Notes: generated by a model from the sequence alone, not told the origin. Numbered from the stretch's first letter, positions 10,775-22,915 are shown. The stretch is 64,000 bases of DNA from Thermodesulfobacteriota bacterium (GCA_041572575.1 JBFFSH010000002.1:1-64000), one strand, 5' to 3'. Made by a program: numbers and translations.

Positions 10775-11246
10775 GTAACTCTTTTAAGATTATAAAACAT
10801 ATGTAGCCTGCAAATGTATTAACCAATATGTTAATTATAATGAAATTATACGATAATGCTGTATCTAATTGGGAGCTAAAACTAAATATCGCGGAAAGTA
10901 AAACCCATTCATATATAATACTAAAAAAGATTAACAGTATCTGAATATCAAATCTGTCCGAATATATCTTTGTAACTAAAAACCTTATGATAACAAAAAG
11001 GCTTAATCTGCTAAAAACATACATCCCAAGATTCGTGCCTGAGTAAAGATCGATAATATATCCGCTTAAAAAAGCAAAAAACACTCCCCCCCTCACATCT
11101 GTGTTAAGGGATAAATATATTATTAAAATAAGAGTAAAATCGATATAGAGTCTGCCGAGATTTACAGGACTTAATAGTGTAGTTTGTAAAATAACGAATA
11201 TAAAAAGTACTATACTAAAGAACAGGTATACGTATAATCTATTCAT
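10755..11246 (-). CDS. mreD: Rod shape-determining protein MreD
   Basis: Hydrophobic 163 aa protein with G.F.D..SG motif, between mreC and mrdA. Confidence 0.85.
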   Translation of the reverse strand: MNRLYVYLFFSIVLFIFVILQTTLLSPVNLGRLYIDFTLILIIYLSLNTDVRGGVFFAFLSGYIIDLYSGTNLGMYVFSRLSLFVIIRFLVTKIYSDRFDIQILLIFFSIIYEWVLLSAIFSFSSQLDTALSYNFIIINILVNTFAGYICFIILKELHGKLHT

Positions 11247-12084
11247 TTACTACCTGCTGCTCCGGTATTACAAATTCTCTTGGTTTTTTGTTAATGATGA
11301 GTACTTCTTCTACGGAGTTTATATCAATTTGAGGTTCTATTTTAGCCTTAATATTCCCACTTTCTGAAAATATTTCATCTACCTCACCAAGGAGTATACC
11401 CTTTGGGAAATAACCATCCTTACCGGATGTTACAATCTTGTCACCTACAGCTATATCGGATGCCTTTTCGAGATAGTCCATGATACAGCGATTTCCATCG
11501 CCTTTCACTACTCCCCTTTCCCTGCTTCTCTGTACATATGCATCTACAGCGCTTAGTGAGTCTGTTATAAGCAGCACTTCTGAACTATACTTTCCTACTA
11601 TATATAACTTTCCAACAGCACCCTGATGTGTTTTAACGGGCATACCTTTTACAAGACCGTCTACAGCACCCTTATCTATTATTATCACCTGAGATTTGAT
11701 AGCTGAAGCACTTATAGCCACAGTGTTGGCTGCAATCACTTCATATTGCTCTCCAGCCCTAAAATTAAGGAGTTCTCTAAGCCTCTTATTCTGTAGTCTG
11801 ATTTCTGATAATCTGAAGTTTTCTTCCCTCAGTTTTGCAAGATCCTTTTTTAAGACCCTGTTTTGTTCATATTGGTCTACGTTATCAACATACTTGTTCC
11901 ATTTTTGTACAATGTATCTGCTTAAGCTGTTTATACTTTTTTGGGGATAGTACGTAATGGTAAGAATTATCTCGGAGAATCTGGAGTTGTTTAACTTGTT
12001 TTCATTATTAAGGGGGACTAGCTGTACCAGGAAGAAAATCATTATTAAAACTACAAAAAGAGGGTAGCGTCTTAGAAATCCCAT
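11239..12084 (-). CDS. mreC: Rod shape-determining protein MreC
   Basis: TM, coiled coil (ENFRL..NKRLRELL), IIDKG, GDKIVTSG..FPKG. Confidence 0.93.
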   Translation of the reverse strand: MGFLRRYPLFVVLIMIFFLVQLVPLNNENKLNNSRFSEIILTITYYPQKSINSLSRYIVQKWNKYVDNVDQYEQNRVLKKDLAKLREENFRLSEIRLQNKRLRELLNFRAGEQYEVIAANTVAISASAIKSQVIIIDKGAVDGLVKGMPVKTHQGAVGKLYIVGKYSSEVLLITDSLSAVDAYVQRSRERGVVKGDGNRCIMDYLEKASDIAVGDKIVTSGKDGYFPKGILLGEVDEIFSESGNIKAKIEPQIDINSVEEVLIINKKPREFVIPEQQVVNE

Positions 12085-12152
12085 ACTAATTAATATATTA
12101 AGCAGAAATTAGAGTTTGGAAAGAAAGAAACTTAATAATCTGCTAATATAAT

Positions 12153-13193
<1,041 letters not shown>

Positions 13194-13312
13194 TTAGTAA
13201 ACCCCTCCTTAGTAATTCAAAAAATATAAATGCACCCCGTAAAACATTGTTATTATAAATTAAATATTAAGAATTAATAGTATCTAACTACAGATATTTA
13301 AAAATTTCTACT

Positions 13313-14386
13313 TTAATTATTAAAACTGAATACTTTTCCATCAATATTTTCATCATTAATGCTAACAATCACCGCTGTGCCGGGCTCTTTAAATTCCCTT
13401 TTTATATAAGCCATACAAATAGCCTTAGTCTTTTCATAACAATAGACAGAGCTTGTGACATAACCCACTTCTTTATCATTTACAAATATTTTGTCCCCCG
13501 GATGTGCAGGAGTGTTAGTTTGCATTTCTATTCCCACCAGGTGTCTGTTAACATGTCCCCTCCACTTGATCCTTGCTATAACCTCCTGGCCAATATAGCA
13601 GCCCTTTTCAAAACTAAGCGCATCCCAGAGTTCAGCTTCAATAGGTATCGTATTTTCATCCATATCAACCCCGTACTTTGCAATCCCCGCTTGTACTCTT
13701 AGGATTTCAAAAGTGTCGAGTCCGATGGGCTTAGGGGTTAGACCATCAATTTGACCAAAGAAAAATTGTATAACCCAATTAGTTTCCCCGGTTGGGATAT
13801 AGACATCGAAGCTCTCGTTTGATGACCTCTTTACTTTTACTATAATTATCTCTATATCATCAATACTTTTTTTAATTAATCCCGGCTCATCCAAATCTGA
13901 TAAATCCAAATCCAATAAGCGGCTCAAATATTGTTGTGATTTTGCACCAAAAAAACACAGCTGAACATATTTATCTGTTAAGTCTTCAATTTTAGCCTTA
14001 TATGAAAGCCTGTATTTAAGCAGAAGCTCCGATATCGGTACATTTAGCCCTTGTTCTAAATCTATTAGTGCCTGTTCACCGTCTTTGTAAATATATAAAT
14101 CTGCTAACATTTTGCCTTTAACGGTAAGAAGGGTTGCATGAACCCCTTTTCCACTCTCAAGCTTCATAACGTCGTTTGAGAGCATACCCTGCATGAACTT
14201 AAAACATTCTTTACCCTCCAGTCTTATTTTACCTCTTGCTGATAGATCATATACTGCTACTGCATCTCGGGCTGCCTGATATTCATTATCTATAGAATCA
14301 AAATGTTTTGGTACTGTACAGCCGCCTGATTCTACAAATTCTGCTCCTTTTTCCAGATAAAAATTATGAAGCGGAAGCTTTTTCAT
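13313..14386 (-). CDS. ygfZ: Folate-binding YgfZ/GcvT-family protein
   Basis: KGCYIGQE signature and GcvT-like fold motifs. Confidence 0.9.
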   Translation of the reverse strand: MKKLPLHNFYLEKGAEFVESGGCTVPKHFDSIDNEYQAARDAVAVYDLSARGKIRLEGKECFKFMQGMLSNDVMKLESGKGVHATLLTVKGKMLADLYIYKDGEQALIDLEQGLNVPISELLLKYRLSYKAKIEDLTDKYVQLCFFGAKSQQYLSRLLDLDLSDLDEPGLIKKSIDDIEIIIVKVKRSSNESFDVYIPTGETNWVIQFFFGQIDGLTPKPIGLDTFEILRVQAGIAKYGVDMDENTIPIEAELWDALSFEKGCYIGQEVIARIKWRGHVNRHLVGIEMQTNTPAHPGDKIFVNDKEVGYVTSSVYCYEKTKAICMAYIKREFKEPGTAVIVSINDENIDGKVFSFNN

Positions 14387-14531
14387 TTATTGCTCCTGTT
14401 TTAATATAAAATTAAATCCCATTCTTTGAATCTAATTGAGAATAAATTATTCAAAATATAGACATTAATATAGATAGCTTGAAAATAATTGCCACATATG
14501 TAGTATAAAATTTATTTATAAAGGACAAAAT

Positions 14532-15485
14532 ATGAGTGATAAAGAGCAACTTAAAAAACGTTACAAAGTAGTAATCATGGGATCAGGCCCGGCAGGTCTT
14601 ACAGCCGCACTATACAGCGCTAGAGCAAATCTGGAACCTTTGGTGTTTGAAGGCTTTGAGGCAGGGGGTCAGCTTACTCTTACAACCGATGTTGAAAACT
14701 ACCCCGGATTTGAAAACGGGATTATGGGCCCGGACCTTATAAATACTATGAGAAAACAAGCCGAGAGGTTTGGTGCAAAATGCCTTCTTTCCAATATTGA
14801 TTCTGTAGATCTTTCAAAAAGGCCGTTTAAAATTAAGGCTGGAGACGTAGAGGTAGAAGCAGAAAGTTTCATCATAGCTTCGGGAGCTTCTGCAAGGATG
14901 CTCGGGCTTCCTTCAGAAAAAGAACTCGTAGGACATGGGGTTTCGACCTGTGCTACATGTGACGGATTTTTCTTTAAGGATAAGGAAATAATAGTAGTGG
15001 GTGGTGGTGACAGCGCGCTTGAAGAAGGAACTTTTCTTACCAAGTTTGCCTCCAAGGTATCAATAGTTCACAGGCGTGATAGCTTGAGAGCATCAAAAAT
15101 AATGCAGGACAGAGCCTTTAAGAACGAAAAGGTTGAATTTATCTGGAATACGGTTGTGGAAGAAATTCTCGGTGAAAAAGGCAGGGGAGTTACCGGGGTT
15201 AAGCTTAAAAATGTAGAAACCGGCGACATTACAGAAAAAAATGTTGATGGAGTTTTTATTGCAATTGGACACATACCCAACACCACGATATTTAACGGCG
15301 CTATAGATACCGATGAGAACGGATATATAGTCACCAAGAATAAAACCAGCGAAACAAACATCCCCGGAGTTTTTGCAGCAGGTGACGTACAGGACACAAG
15401 GTACAAACAGGCAATCACAGCAGCAGGGTCAGGATGTATGGCTGCACTTGATGCCGAAAAGTTCTTAGAAGATAATGAGGATTAG
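14532..15485 (+). CDS. trxB: Thioredoxin-disulfide reductase
   Basis: GSGPAG, CATCDG, GGGDSA, FAAGDV..QAITAA. Confidence 0.97.
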   Translation: MSDKEQLKKRYKVVIMGSGPAGLTAALYSARANLEPLVFEGFEAGGQLTLTTDVENYPGFENGIMGPDLINTMRKQAERFGAKCLLSNIDSVDLSKRPFKIKAGDVEVEAESFIIASGASARMLGLPSEKELVGHGVSTCATCDGFFFKDKEIIVVGGGDSALEEGTFLTKFASKVSIVHRRDSLRASKIMQDRAFKNEKVEFIWNTVVEEILGEKGRGVTGVKLKNVETGDITEKNVDGVFIAIGHIPNTTIFNGAIDTDENGYIVTKNKTSETNIPGVFAAGDVQDTRYKQAITAAGSGCMAALDAEKFLEDNED

Positions 15486-15638
15486 GTTTATTACTAAGCT
15501 ATCACAAGTTCATTACTATAGCCAAGCATTAAACCCAATAAGGCTAAATCCATCTATTTAACTTCTTAAACCTAGAGCTTGGAATTGACTATGTTACAAT
15601 AGATCAAAATAGATTTATTGCAGATATATTAAATTCAT

Positions 15639-16715
15639 ATGGCTCTAAGACTAATAGAACTATATCTACCTACTAAAGAAAACATCGACTGGCTTAAAGA
15701 AAAGCTAAGCGATTATCCTGTTCATGGTATTTGGAGTGAGAGGGTTTCCGATCATCAGTACCATATACGTATGCTCATTTCACCTGAAGACTCTGGAGCA
15801 ATTCTCGATCTATTGGAAAATACTTTTTCTACTGTTGATGGTTTCAGGATAATTCTGCTGCCCGTTGAAACAACAATCCCAAAGATTGAAGAAAAAAAGC
15901 AGGAAGCCGAAAATGATTCTCAAAAGAAAAAAAATGATGAGATCAAAATCGGTAGAGGCATAAGCAGGCAGGAACTGTATACAAGAATTTCAAAAGACTC
16001 CAAACTCACCGGATTCTTTATTTTCATGGTTATAGTATCATCCATAGTTGCATCTATCGGCATTCTTAACAGTAATATTGCCGTGATAATAGGAGCAATG
16101 GTTATTGCACCACTTCTGGGACCAAACGTTGCCCTTGCCCTGGCCACTACGCTTGGAGACTTGGATTTACTAAAAAACTGTATCAAATCCAATCTGGCCG
16201 GAATTTCTGCTGCTTTATTATTCTCATTAATTCTTGGGATTTTACTAAGAAATAAACTTGCAATTGATACGGATCTAAAAGAGTTTTATCCAGAACTGTA
16301 TTCAAGAACACAGGTTGGTATGGGAGATATTGCACTTGCTCTTGCATCGGGGAGTGCTGGTGCGCTTTCATTTACCATGGGGCTTCCAAGTGCCCTTATT
16401 GGAGTGATGGTTGCTGTAGCGCTTTTGCCGCCGCTCGTAACCTTTGGCATGCTTATTGGCGCTGGCCTTATAGAACCTGCAATTGGAGCTATTCTGTTGC
16501 TTTTAGTAAACATTATATGCGTAAATCTTGCAGGTGTTGGAACTTTTTTATTTCAGGGTGTAAGACCACGTACTTGGTGGGAAGCAAGCAGGGCAAAAAA
16601 ATCATCAAGGATAGCAATAATTATCTGGACTGTACTCTTATTAATTCTTATGATAATAATAACTCAGCTTAAAAATAATTTTTTTGATAAGATTTTTAAA
16701 ATAATATTGCCTTAA
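15639..16715 (+). CDS. TIGR00341/DUF389 family membrane protein
   Basis: AVIIGAMVIAPLLGP, LIGVMVAVALLPP. Confidence 0.88.
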   Translation: MALRLIELYLPTKENIDWLKEKLSDYPVHGIWSERVSDHQYHIRMLISPEDSGAILDLLENTFSTVDGFRIILLPVETTIPKIEEKKQEAENDSQKKKNDEIKIGRGISRQELYTRISKDSKLTGFFIFMVIVSSIVASIGILNSNIAVIIGAMVIAPLLGPNVALALATTLGDLDLLKNCIKSNLAGISAALLFSLILGILLRNKLAIDTDLKEFYPELYSRTQVGMGDIALALASGSAGALSFTMGLPSALIGVMVAVALLPPLVTFGMLIGAGLIEPAIGAILLLLVNIICVNLAGVGTFLFQGVRPRTWWEASRAKKSSRIAIIIWTVLLLILMIIITQLKNNFFDKIFKIILP

Positions 16716-16739
16716 ATTACTTATTAATTTGGAGGATTT

Positions 16740-17189
16740 ATGCAAGTAAAAGAAATAATGGTCTCACCCGTAGTATCTGTAAAACCTGATGACACCTTGG
16801 AAGATGTTGCCAGAATAATGATAAAAAATAGAATAGGCTGTGTGCCCGTTGTAGGTAAAGATTCTGAGCTTCTAGGAATAATAACAGAGAATGAATTTAG
16901 TGTGAATGAGAAAAGATTTCCTTTTTCACGTGAATATGCTCCTAAATTGTTTGGCATGTGGGTAACAAAGGACAATATTGACAAAATGTATGATGCTGCA
17001 AAAACAATTTATGCCAAAGATTTAATGTATCAAAATCCAGTAACTGTAGATATGGAAGATTCCGTATTTGATCTTCTCAAAAAAATGATAGACCAGTCTG
17101 TTGACCGCGTTCCTGTATTAAATAATAACAGAGTAATAGGGATAGTTGCCCGTCACGACCTTCTAAAACTAATAATAGATAATAATTAG
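16740..17189 (+). CDS. CBS-domain pair protein
   Basis: VKEIM..PV, IGCVPVV..GIITE, VPVL..GIVARHDLLK. Confidence 0.9.
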   Translation: MQVKEIMVSPVVSVKPDDTLEDVARIMIKNRIGCVPVVGKDSELLGIITENEFSVNEKRFPFSREYAPKLFGMWVTKDNIDKMYDAAKTIYAKDLMYQNPVTVDMEDSVFDLLKKMIDQSVDRVPVLNNNRVIGIVARHDLLKLIIDNN

Positions 17190-17289
17190 ACTTTAGACTA
17201 GTTTTTCTGTCTTTAGACCGTATTCGGTTGAATTATTTCACTAAGGGCAATAGAATTATATTAAACTCTAAAATTATTCTTTATTTACT

Positions 17290-17604
17290 ATGGAAAACAA
17301 AAGAAATAGTAGAAGAATAAAGTTTAAAGAAAGAATCAAATATGGTGCATCGGATATACCTAATACTGATGGTACTACCGTAAATATTTCCCCAAAAGGA
17401 ATTGCAATAAAATCCTATAAGGCACTCACTCCGGGTTCTAAAATATCTGTTGTTTTATATTCAGGCAATAACCCAATAAGACTTGAAGGTGAAGTTGTTT
17501 GGAATTCCCCTCCAAAAGAAGGCGCTCAGGCAGAAATGGGTGTAAAAGTTCTGAGTAAAACCAAAGAACTTGAGCAGGTATATAAACAAGCCAGCAGGTT
17601 TTAG
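17290..17604 (+). CDS. Stand-alone PilZ-domain c-di-GMP receptor
   Basis: RNSRR (RxxxR), NISPKG (D/NxSxxG), GEVVW. Confidence 0.85.
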   Translation: MENKRNSRRIKFKERIKYGASDIPNTDGTTVNISPKGIAIKSYKALTPGSKISVVLYSGNNPIRLEGEVVWNSPPKEGAQAEMGVKVLSKTKELEQVYKQASRF

Positions 17605-17719
17605 TCACCTAATTACTTTTCTATAATTTTTTACTAAAGGCATAATTCAATTTATACTGATTAGGTATAATAAAACTATATACTTACTTTAGGTTTGTGA
17701 TTTATAGGAGAAAAGCATC

Positions 17720-17962
17720 ATGGGTAATATTGGCGGCTGGGAATTAATAATAATTCTTGTGATTTTACTACTTATATTCGGGCCAAGCAGGCTTGGAGAT
17801 TTGGGTACTGCACTTGGAAAGGGGATCAAAGGTTTTAAAAGATCGATGAAAGAACCCGATGAAATAGATGTTACTCCTAATAAAGATGATAGCGATAAAA
17901 TAGAAGATACAGACCTGGAAAAAGCCCCAAAAAAAAATGAAAAGGAATCAGAGGTTAAATAA
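17720..17962 (+). CDS. tatA: Twin-arginine translocase TatA
   Basis: GWELIIILVILLLIFGP.RL..LG..LGKGIKGFK. Confidence 0.93.
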   Translation: MGNIGGWELIIILVILLLIFGPSRLGDLGTALGKGIKGFKRSMKEPDEIDVTPNKDDSDKIEDTDLEKAPKKNEKESEVK

Positions 17963-17975
17963 TAGGATTATTTAT

Positions 17976-18407
17976 CTAACTATTTTCTTTTGAAAATTCA
18001 GCAAGCTCGATTAACACCCCGTTCATAGACTTTGGATGAACAAAAGCTACTTTGGCTCCATAAGCGCCTATTCTGGGACTTTCATCAATTAGCTCAAGAT
18101 CCAGGTCTTTTAAGTGCTGCAAACTTTGCTCAATATCATCAACCTCAAAACATATATGGTGAATCCCTTCTCCCCTTTTATCTAGGAATTTTGAGATTGG
18201 AGAATTATCATCCAAAGGCTCCAGCAGTTCAATCGAAGTTTGTCCCTCTACAGATTTTAGCATAGAAGTACTTACTCCCTGATCTTTTATTACTTCGCGG
18301 TGTTTAACTTCAAGCCCAAGGGCTTTTACATATAAGTTTTCTGCTTCTGATAAATTTGTGACTGCAAGCGCTATATGATTTATGTTCTTGGCTTTTTCCT
18401 GAGGCAT
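17976..18407 (-). CDS. mce: Methylmalonyl-CoA epimerase
   Basis: HIALAV, QGV, IELLEP, GEGIHHICFEV, FVHPK..GVLIEL. Confidence 0.9.
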   Translation of the reverse strand: MPQEKAKNINHIALAVTNLSEAENLYVKALGLEVKHREVIKDQGVSTSMLKSVEGQTSIELLEPLDDNSPISKFLDKRGEGIHHICFEVDDIEQSLQHLKDLDLELIDESPRIGAYGAKVAFVHPKSMNGVLIELAEFSKENS

Positions 18408-18478
18408 TAAGGTCTCCGTTTATCTCAAATTAAAAATAGAATGATACCCTCAACATCCTAAAAGAGAATATAAATTAA

Positions 18479-19624
18479 TCAGTAACCAGTTAATTCTACA
18501 TACCCCAGCCCACTGATGTTATCCCCTTTTACTTTCACTGCCCCCTCCCAATAGGTAAAGGAGTGGTTGAACTCCTGGTTGTTTAAAACGGGCTGCACAT
18601 CTAACTCTATATTGTATTTAGGAATCATGACAGTCCATTTTGAAGGATACTTGATGTTTGTCCCGGGACTTTTCCAATGCTCTTTTGTCTCTACAATAAA
18701 ATCAGTGCTCTTTAGATGTACTGTATCACCCGATTTATCCACGTAGGTTCCAGAAGATACAGGATCAACCGTCCCGTCTTTTAACCGCAGCATATAAATC
18801 ATAATTTCTGTATTATTACTTAGCTGAAGGGAAAACCAATCCCAGCCCGATTGTAAATCTCCCAGAGCGCTAGTGCTCCATTCATGATCAAACCAGCTGA
18901 GGCCATCCACTTTATGTTTCTTATCATCTATTGTAATTGTGCCGGTGGTTTTAAGTCTTGTATGTGAATAGTAATATGATGCATTGCCCAGTTCATCACT
19001 TTTTTGACTCAGTCCCTTATTTCCATTTAGGACTATTTTTTTAGACTCTTTTAGTACAAGTGAAACTGATATGTTCTCACTATTTGAACTGAGAATATAG
19101 TTGTTATTATCATCCGAATTAACCATCCAGTCATCAATCCACACATGCAGATCTTTATTATCAGAACCTGCAAGCCTGGGTGTAGCCCTGCTCCACTTTT
19201 CAAAGGAATGATAGTTTTTATTACTTATATCTGTAACTGCAAAATGAGCAAAATATATTGAGCTTGCTCTCCATGATGACCCATCTACAGGCTGATCAGG
19301 TGTGAGTGCCCGCCTGAAAAATGTTAACTGATACCCAAAATTGTTATTTTCTTCGTCTTTTAAATTACCCGTAAAATACCACCACTCCGTTTGATAATCA
19401 GGATGAGTCCCGTGATCTTTTGGAAAGGAAAACTGTATTGGCCGTACTGCTCTTTTGAATCCTTTGTTTTTTTCCTTACCAGATAACACAGCCGATATAT
19501 CAATTGTAGGGTTATCAGATTCATCAAATAAATTTACATTTTGATTGAATAAGGCAAGGGTAATTAGCAATACGAAAAAACCAACTACCGAATAAGCTAT
19601 TCTGGATTTCATATGTTTAATCAC
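18479..19624 (-). CDS. AttH-like secreted lipocalin / CrtC-like hydrolase-fold protein
   Basis: FPKDHG.HP.YQTEWWYFTGNL, ASYYYS, WFDHEWS, GWDWFSLQL, YWEG..GYVELTGY; N-terminal TM. Confidence 0.85.
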   Translation of the reverse strand: MIKHMKSRIAYSVVGFFVLLITLALFNQNVNLFDESDNPTIDISAVLSGKEKNKGFKRAVRPIQFSFPKDHGTHPDYQTEWWYFTGNLKDEENNNFGYQLTFFRRALTPDQPVDGSSWRASSIYFAHFAVTDISNKNYHSFEKWSRATPRLAGSDNKDLHVWIDDWMVNSDDNNNYILSSNSENISVSLVLKESKKIVLNGNKGLSQKSDELGNASYYYSHTRLKTTGTITIDDKKHKVDGLSWFDHEWSTSALGDLQSGWDWFSLQLSNNTEIMIYMLRLKDGTVDPVSSGTYVDKSGDTVHLKSTDFIVETKEHWKSPGTNIKYPSKWTVMIPKYNIELDVQPVLNNQEFNHSFTYWEGAVKVKGDNISGLGYVELTGY

Positions 19625-22182
19625 TCTTCTCTTATAGCCTCTGAAATATTTATTTTTGAGAAAATTATGGAGGGATAAATACCCGCAAGCATTGCCGCTA
19701 TAAATGATATTAAGACTGCCTCGGCTAAATAACCAGGCTTAATTAGAAAATCTATAGTCCATCCAAATGACCTAAAATTTATTACGTTTACAAGCAGGTA
19801 AGCCATAGTTAATCCAAGCGGGATTGATATTACCCCTGATATGAGGCCAATAATTGCTGTTTCAGAAAATATTATCTTTCTAATCTCTAAGACCTTTACA
19901 CCCAAAGCTCTAAGCACCCCAATCTCTTTTTTCCTCGACAGTTCGAGTGCAAGGAGTGCTCCGAGTATGCCAAAAAATGCCACTGCAAAAGCAATCACCC
20001 TCATAGCGTTTGTAATTACAAAAGTCTGATTAAATATTTTATGCGCTGAGTTCTTAAGGTCTTTATTAGTACTTAACCTAAATTCTTGCTCATCTGAGAT
20101 ATTTGCTCTTATATTCCCAAGTACACTGTTTAATTCAAATCCCTTAGATATATTAAGGGAAATAGAGGTTAGCTTATCATCATCCCAAAGTTTGCGAAAC
20201 GATTCATAACCTATTATTAATGTGCCTGTTTGCGTTGCAAAGTCTGAAAATACGCCTGCTATCAGAAATTTTTCATAACCCTTCATTGTAGGTAAAAAGA
20301 GATATCCATCTTTAAGTTGCCAAGAATTTCTGTTACTAAAACTCTCTGATATTAATACAGCTTTATCGTAAGTATTATTTAATTCTTTGAAATCATTTAT
20401 CAGACCTGAGATAATTTGAGGTTTTATGGGTGGATTTTCACTAAGAGCAATCAGATTTAACCTGCCGTAGTCTTCAGTAAGAAGATCGATTTTTCTTGAA
20501 TATCCAATCTTGTGAGTACCTTCCAATGATGTAATTTTATTTATGAGATTAAAATTCAAACCGTTATTTTCTTCAGGCCTGTAGACAGCCGATATAAATA
20601 CATCTGATGGAAAGGTGTCTTCCAGCCATGCCGTTAGAGTAGATCTGAAACTTTCAATTAGAACTGTCATGCTTAAAAAAACAGCTACCGCCACAGTAAG
20701 CGACGCCGTGGCAACAAAGTTCTTATCAATTGAGCCCAGGTAGTTTCTGCATGGGATAAGATATATTTTCCCAAATAATGATTTTGCATATCTGTTTAAA
20801 ATCTTTGCTAGCACTAGCATTAATGCTGGTAGCAGAAGAGTATATCCTATGATAATTATAAATAGCCCTGCAAATGTAAGTGTAATGTTTGATGATAAAA
20901 ATGCCGATATATAGAGTCCTGAACAGATAAGAAAAATACCGGCAGTAAACAAATAAGGGATGAGACGTATAAAGTTCTTGTTGAAATATGACTCACTCAT
21001 AAGACTGACCGGTTTAATAAATCTGGATTCCAAAGAAGGTATGATTGCAGCCGACAATACAGCAGTTATCCCTAAAATAATAGCCTTAATTATGGTTATA
21101 GGAGATAAACTCAATCCAGACTGGCCAAACACCGAATAAATACTGGATAGTGTATTTGATACAAGAAGAACAGAAAGTTTTCCAAGAAATATTCCAACTA
21201 TAATTCCTAGCACTGAGGACAAAATACCAATTATAAATGCTTCGGTGAGAATAGTATAGAATATCTCATTTGATGTTACCCCGATCGATCTTAGTACCGA
21301 AAATACCGGCCTTCTTATTACAAGTGAGTAATTAAAAGAATTATAAATCAAAAAAAACGCAATAAGCAGAGTAATTAAACTAAGGGCTGTTAGATTGAGC
21401 TCAAATGACTTGGTAAGTCTGCTGCTTTGCTCTACCAAGGAGTCTGCTTTAATAAGAGAGACCTGTGGATAGTTTATTGTGAGAAAATGTTTTATCTGGC
21501 CGATTTGTTCTTGCGGATAACTTGTTAGATCCAAATCAATCCTTGATAAACTTCCATTAAAATCTAATAGGTTCTGGGCTGTTGCAATATCAGCTAATAT
21601 TGTGTTTGTGGTAAATAAAATCTTTTCATCGCTGTTTGTATCTATACTCCCTATTATTTTTATTTCTTTATTTAACTCAGTACCAATTAAAAAACTCTCT
21701 CCTATTTGAGCATCCAGCCGGGACATTAGATTATTTGAAATAATTACTCCATTTTGCTCTGTCAAAAATTGCTCAAAGGATTTTGAATTTAGACTGATAC
21801 TCTGATTTTGAAAAAATTTTAGTTGAGAATTTTCTGAAAATGGATCAATGCCTATGATCTTGAATTGCTCATTTGCAAACTGATCTATAAAGACTGTACG
21901 CTCTATAATCGGGACAATATTCTTAAACCCTAATTCTTTCCTTAAATCAAAATAGATTTCTTCTTTAAGTCTTGAATTTGTACTGTATATAGAATGAGTG
22001 ATATCACTGCTAATACTTTTTAGAGACTTATCAAAGGATTTTCTGGCGCTTATGTTTGCGATGTCTATTGCTACAATCACAGCTACTCCCAGAGAAATAC
22101 CCAGTATAAGGAGTACCGACTGTATTTTGTGTTTTAGATAGTGGTTTAATGAAATTTTCAGTAATTTAGATTTTGTAAACAT
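19621..22182 (-). CDS. FtsX/MacB-type ABC permease (AttF/G-like, two repeats)
   Basis: GISLGVAV.VAI..AN, LRSIGV and LRALGV repeats, SFGWT. Confidence 0.88.
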   Translation of the reverse strand: MFTKSKLLKISLNHYLKHKIQSVLLILGISLGVAVIVAIDIANISARKSFDKSLKSISSDITHSIYSTNSRLKEEIYFDLRKELGFKNIVPIIERTVFIDQFANEQFKIIGIDPFSENSQLKFFQNQSISLNSKSFEQFLTEQNGVIISNNLMSRLDAQIGESFLIGTELNKEIKIIGSIDTNSDEKILFTTNTILADIATAQNLLDFNGSLSRIDLDLTSYPQEQIGQIKHFLTINYPQVSLIKADSLVEQSSRLTKSFELNLTALSLITLLIAFFLIYNSFNYSLVIRRPVFSVLRSIGVTSNEIFYTILTEAFIIGILSSVLGIIVGIFLGKLSVLLVSNTLSSIYSVFGQSGLSLSPITIIKAIILGITAVLSAAIIPSLESRFIKPVSLMSESYFNKNFIRLIPYLFTAGIFLICSGLYISAFLSSNITLTFAGLFIIIIGYTLLLPALMLVLAKILNRYAKSLFGKIYLIPCRNYLGSIDKNFVATASLTVAVAVFLSMTVLIESFRSTLTAWLEDTFPSDVFISAVYRPEENNGLNFNLINKITSLEGTHKIGYSRKIDLLTEDYGRLNLIALSENPPIKPQIISGLINDFKELNNTYDKAVLISESFSNRNSWQLKDGYLFLPTMKGYEKFLIAGVFSDFATQTGTLIIGYESFRKLWDDDKLTSISLNISKGFELNSVLGNIRANISDEQEFRLSTNKDLKNSAHKIFNQTFVITNAMRVIAFAVAFFGILGALLALELSRKKEIGVLRALGVKVLEIRKIIFSETAIIGLISGVISIPLGLTMAYLLVNVINFRSFGWTIDFLIKPGYLAEAVLISFIAAMLAGIYPSIIFSKINISEAIREE

Positions 22183-22225
22183 ACAAAATTAATATGGACT
22201 GTTATTACAGTAATCTTAAATAGAA

Positions 22226-22915
22226 CTATTTAATTTTTTTCAAATAATGGTTTTCAATCATATATGCTCTGTCACTCCTGTTTATCAGGTCTACACTATG
22301 TGTAGCCATAATAAGTGTTTTATTTTTATCCCTTACTAATCCAAAAAGAACCTCAATTATCTGATCTCTTGTATTATTATCAAGGTTGCCGGTAGGTTCG
22401 TCTGCTAAAATAATTTGTGGATCATGCACAATGGCTCTAGCAATAGCTGCTCTTTGCTTTTGACCACCTGATAGAGTATCTGGAAAAACATCAGATTTTT
22501 CTATTAGTCCTACCTTTTCAAGCAAATCTTTAGCAATATCGTATCCATTTATGTTATCTAAGCTATTAAGTTCCAAAGGGAGCAAAACATTTTCAATCAC
22601 AGTTAGTGATGGAATTAAATGAAAGGACTGAAACACTATCCCGATATTCTTTCTGCGAAAAAGTGTCCTATCCTGTTCATTCAGATCATCGAGAGCAATA
22701 CCATTTATTATGACACTTCCATTTGAGGGGATATCAATACCGGATAGAAGGTTTAACAAAGTACTCTTTCCACTTCCGCTGCGGCCAAGGATTAGAGAGA
22801 TTTTTGAGTCCTGAAATCCCGCATTCACATTTTCAACAATCCTTATTTCATTATCGCCGTCAAAGTACGACTTGGAAATTCGGTCTAATTTGATACAGCT
22901 ATCATGATTATTCAT
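22226..22915 (-). CDS. LolD-like ABC ATP-binding protein (AttE-like)
   Basis: GRSGSGKS, LSGGQKQR, ILADEPTGNLD, ATH. Confidence 0.93.
   Translation of the reverse strand: MNNHDSCIKLDRISKSYFDGDNEIRIVENVNAGFQDSKISLILGRSGSGKSTLLNLLSGIDIPSNGSVIINGIALDDLNEQDRTLFRRKNIGIVFQSFHLIPSLTVIENVLLPLELNSLDNINGYDIAKDLLEKVGLIEKSDVFPDTLSGGQKQRAAIARAIVHDPQIILADEPTGNLDNNTRDQIIEVLFGLVRDKNKTLIMATHSVDLINRSDRAYMIENHYLKKIK

Noticed and set aside
17186..17218. Three TTAGAC direct repeats between the CBS and PilZ genes
   Set aside because: Short and irregularly spaced; compatible with chance.
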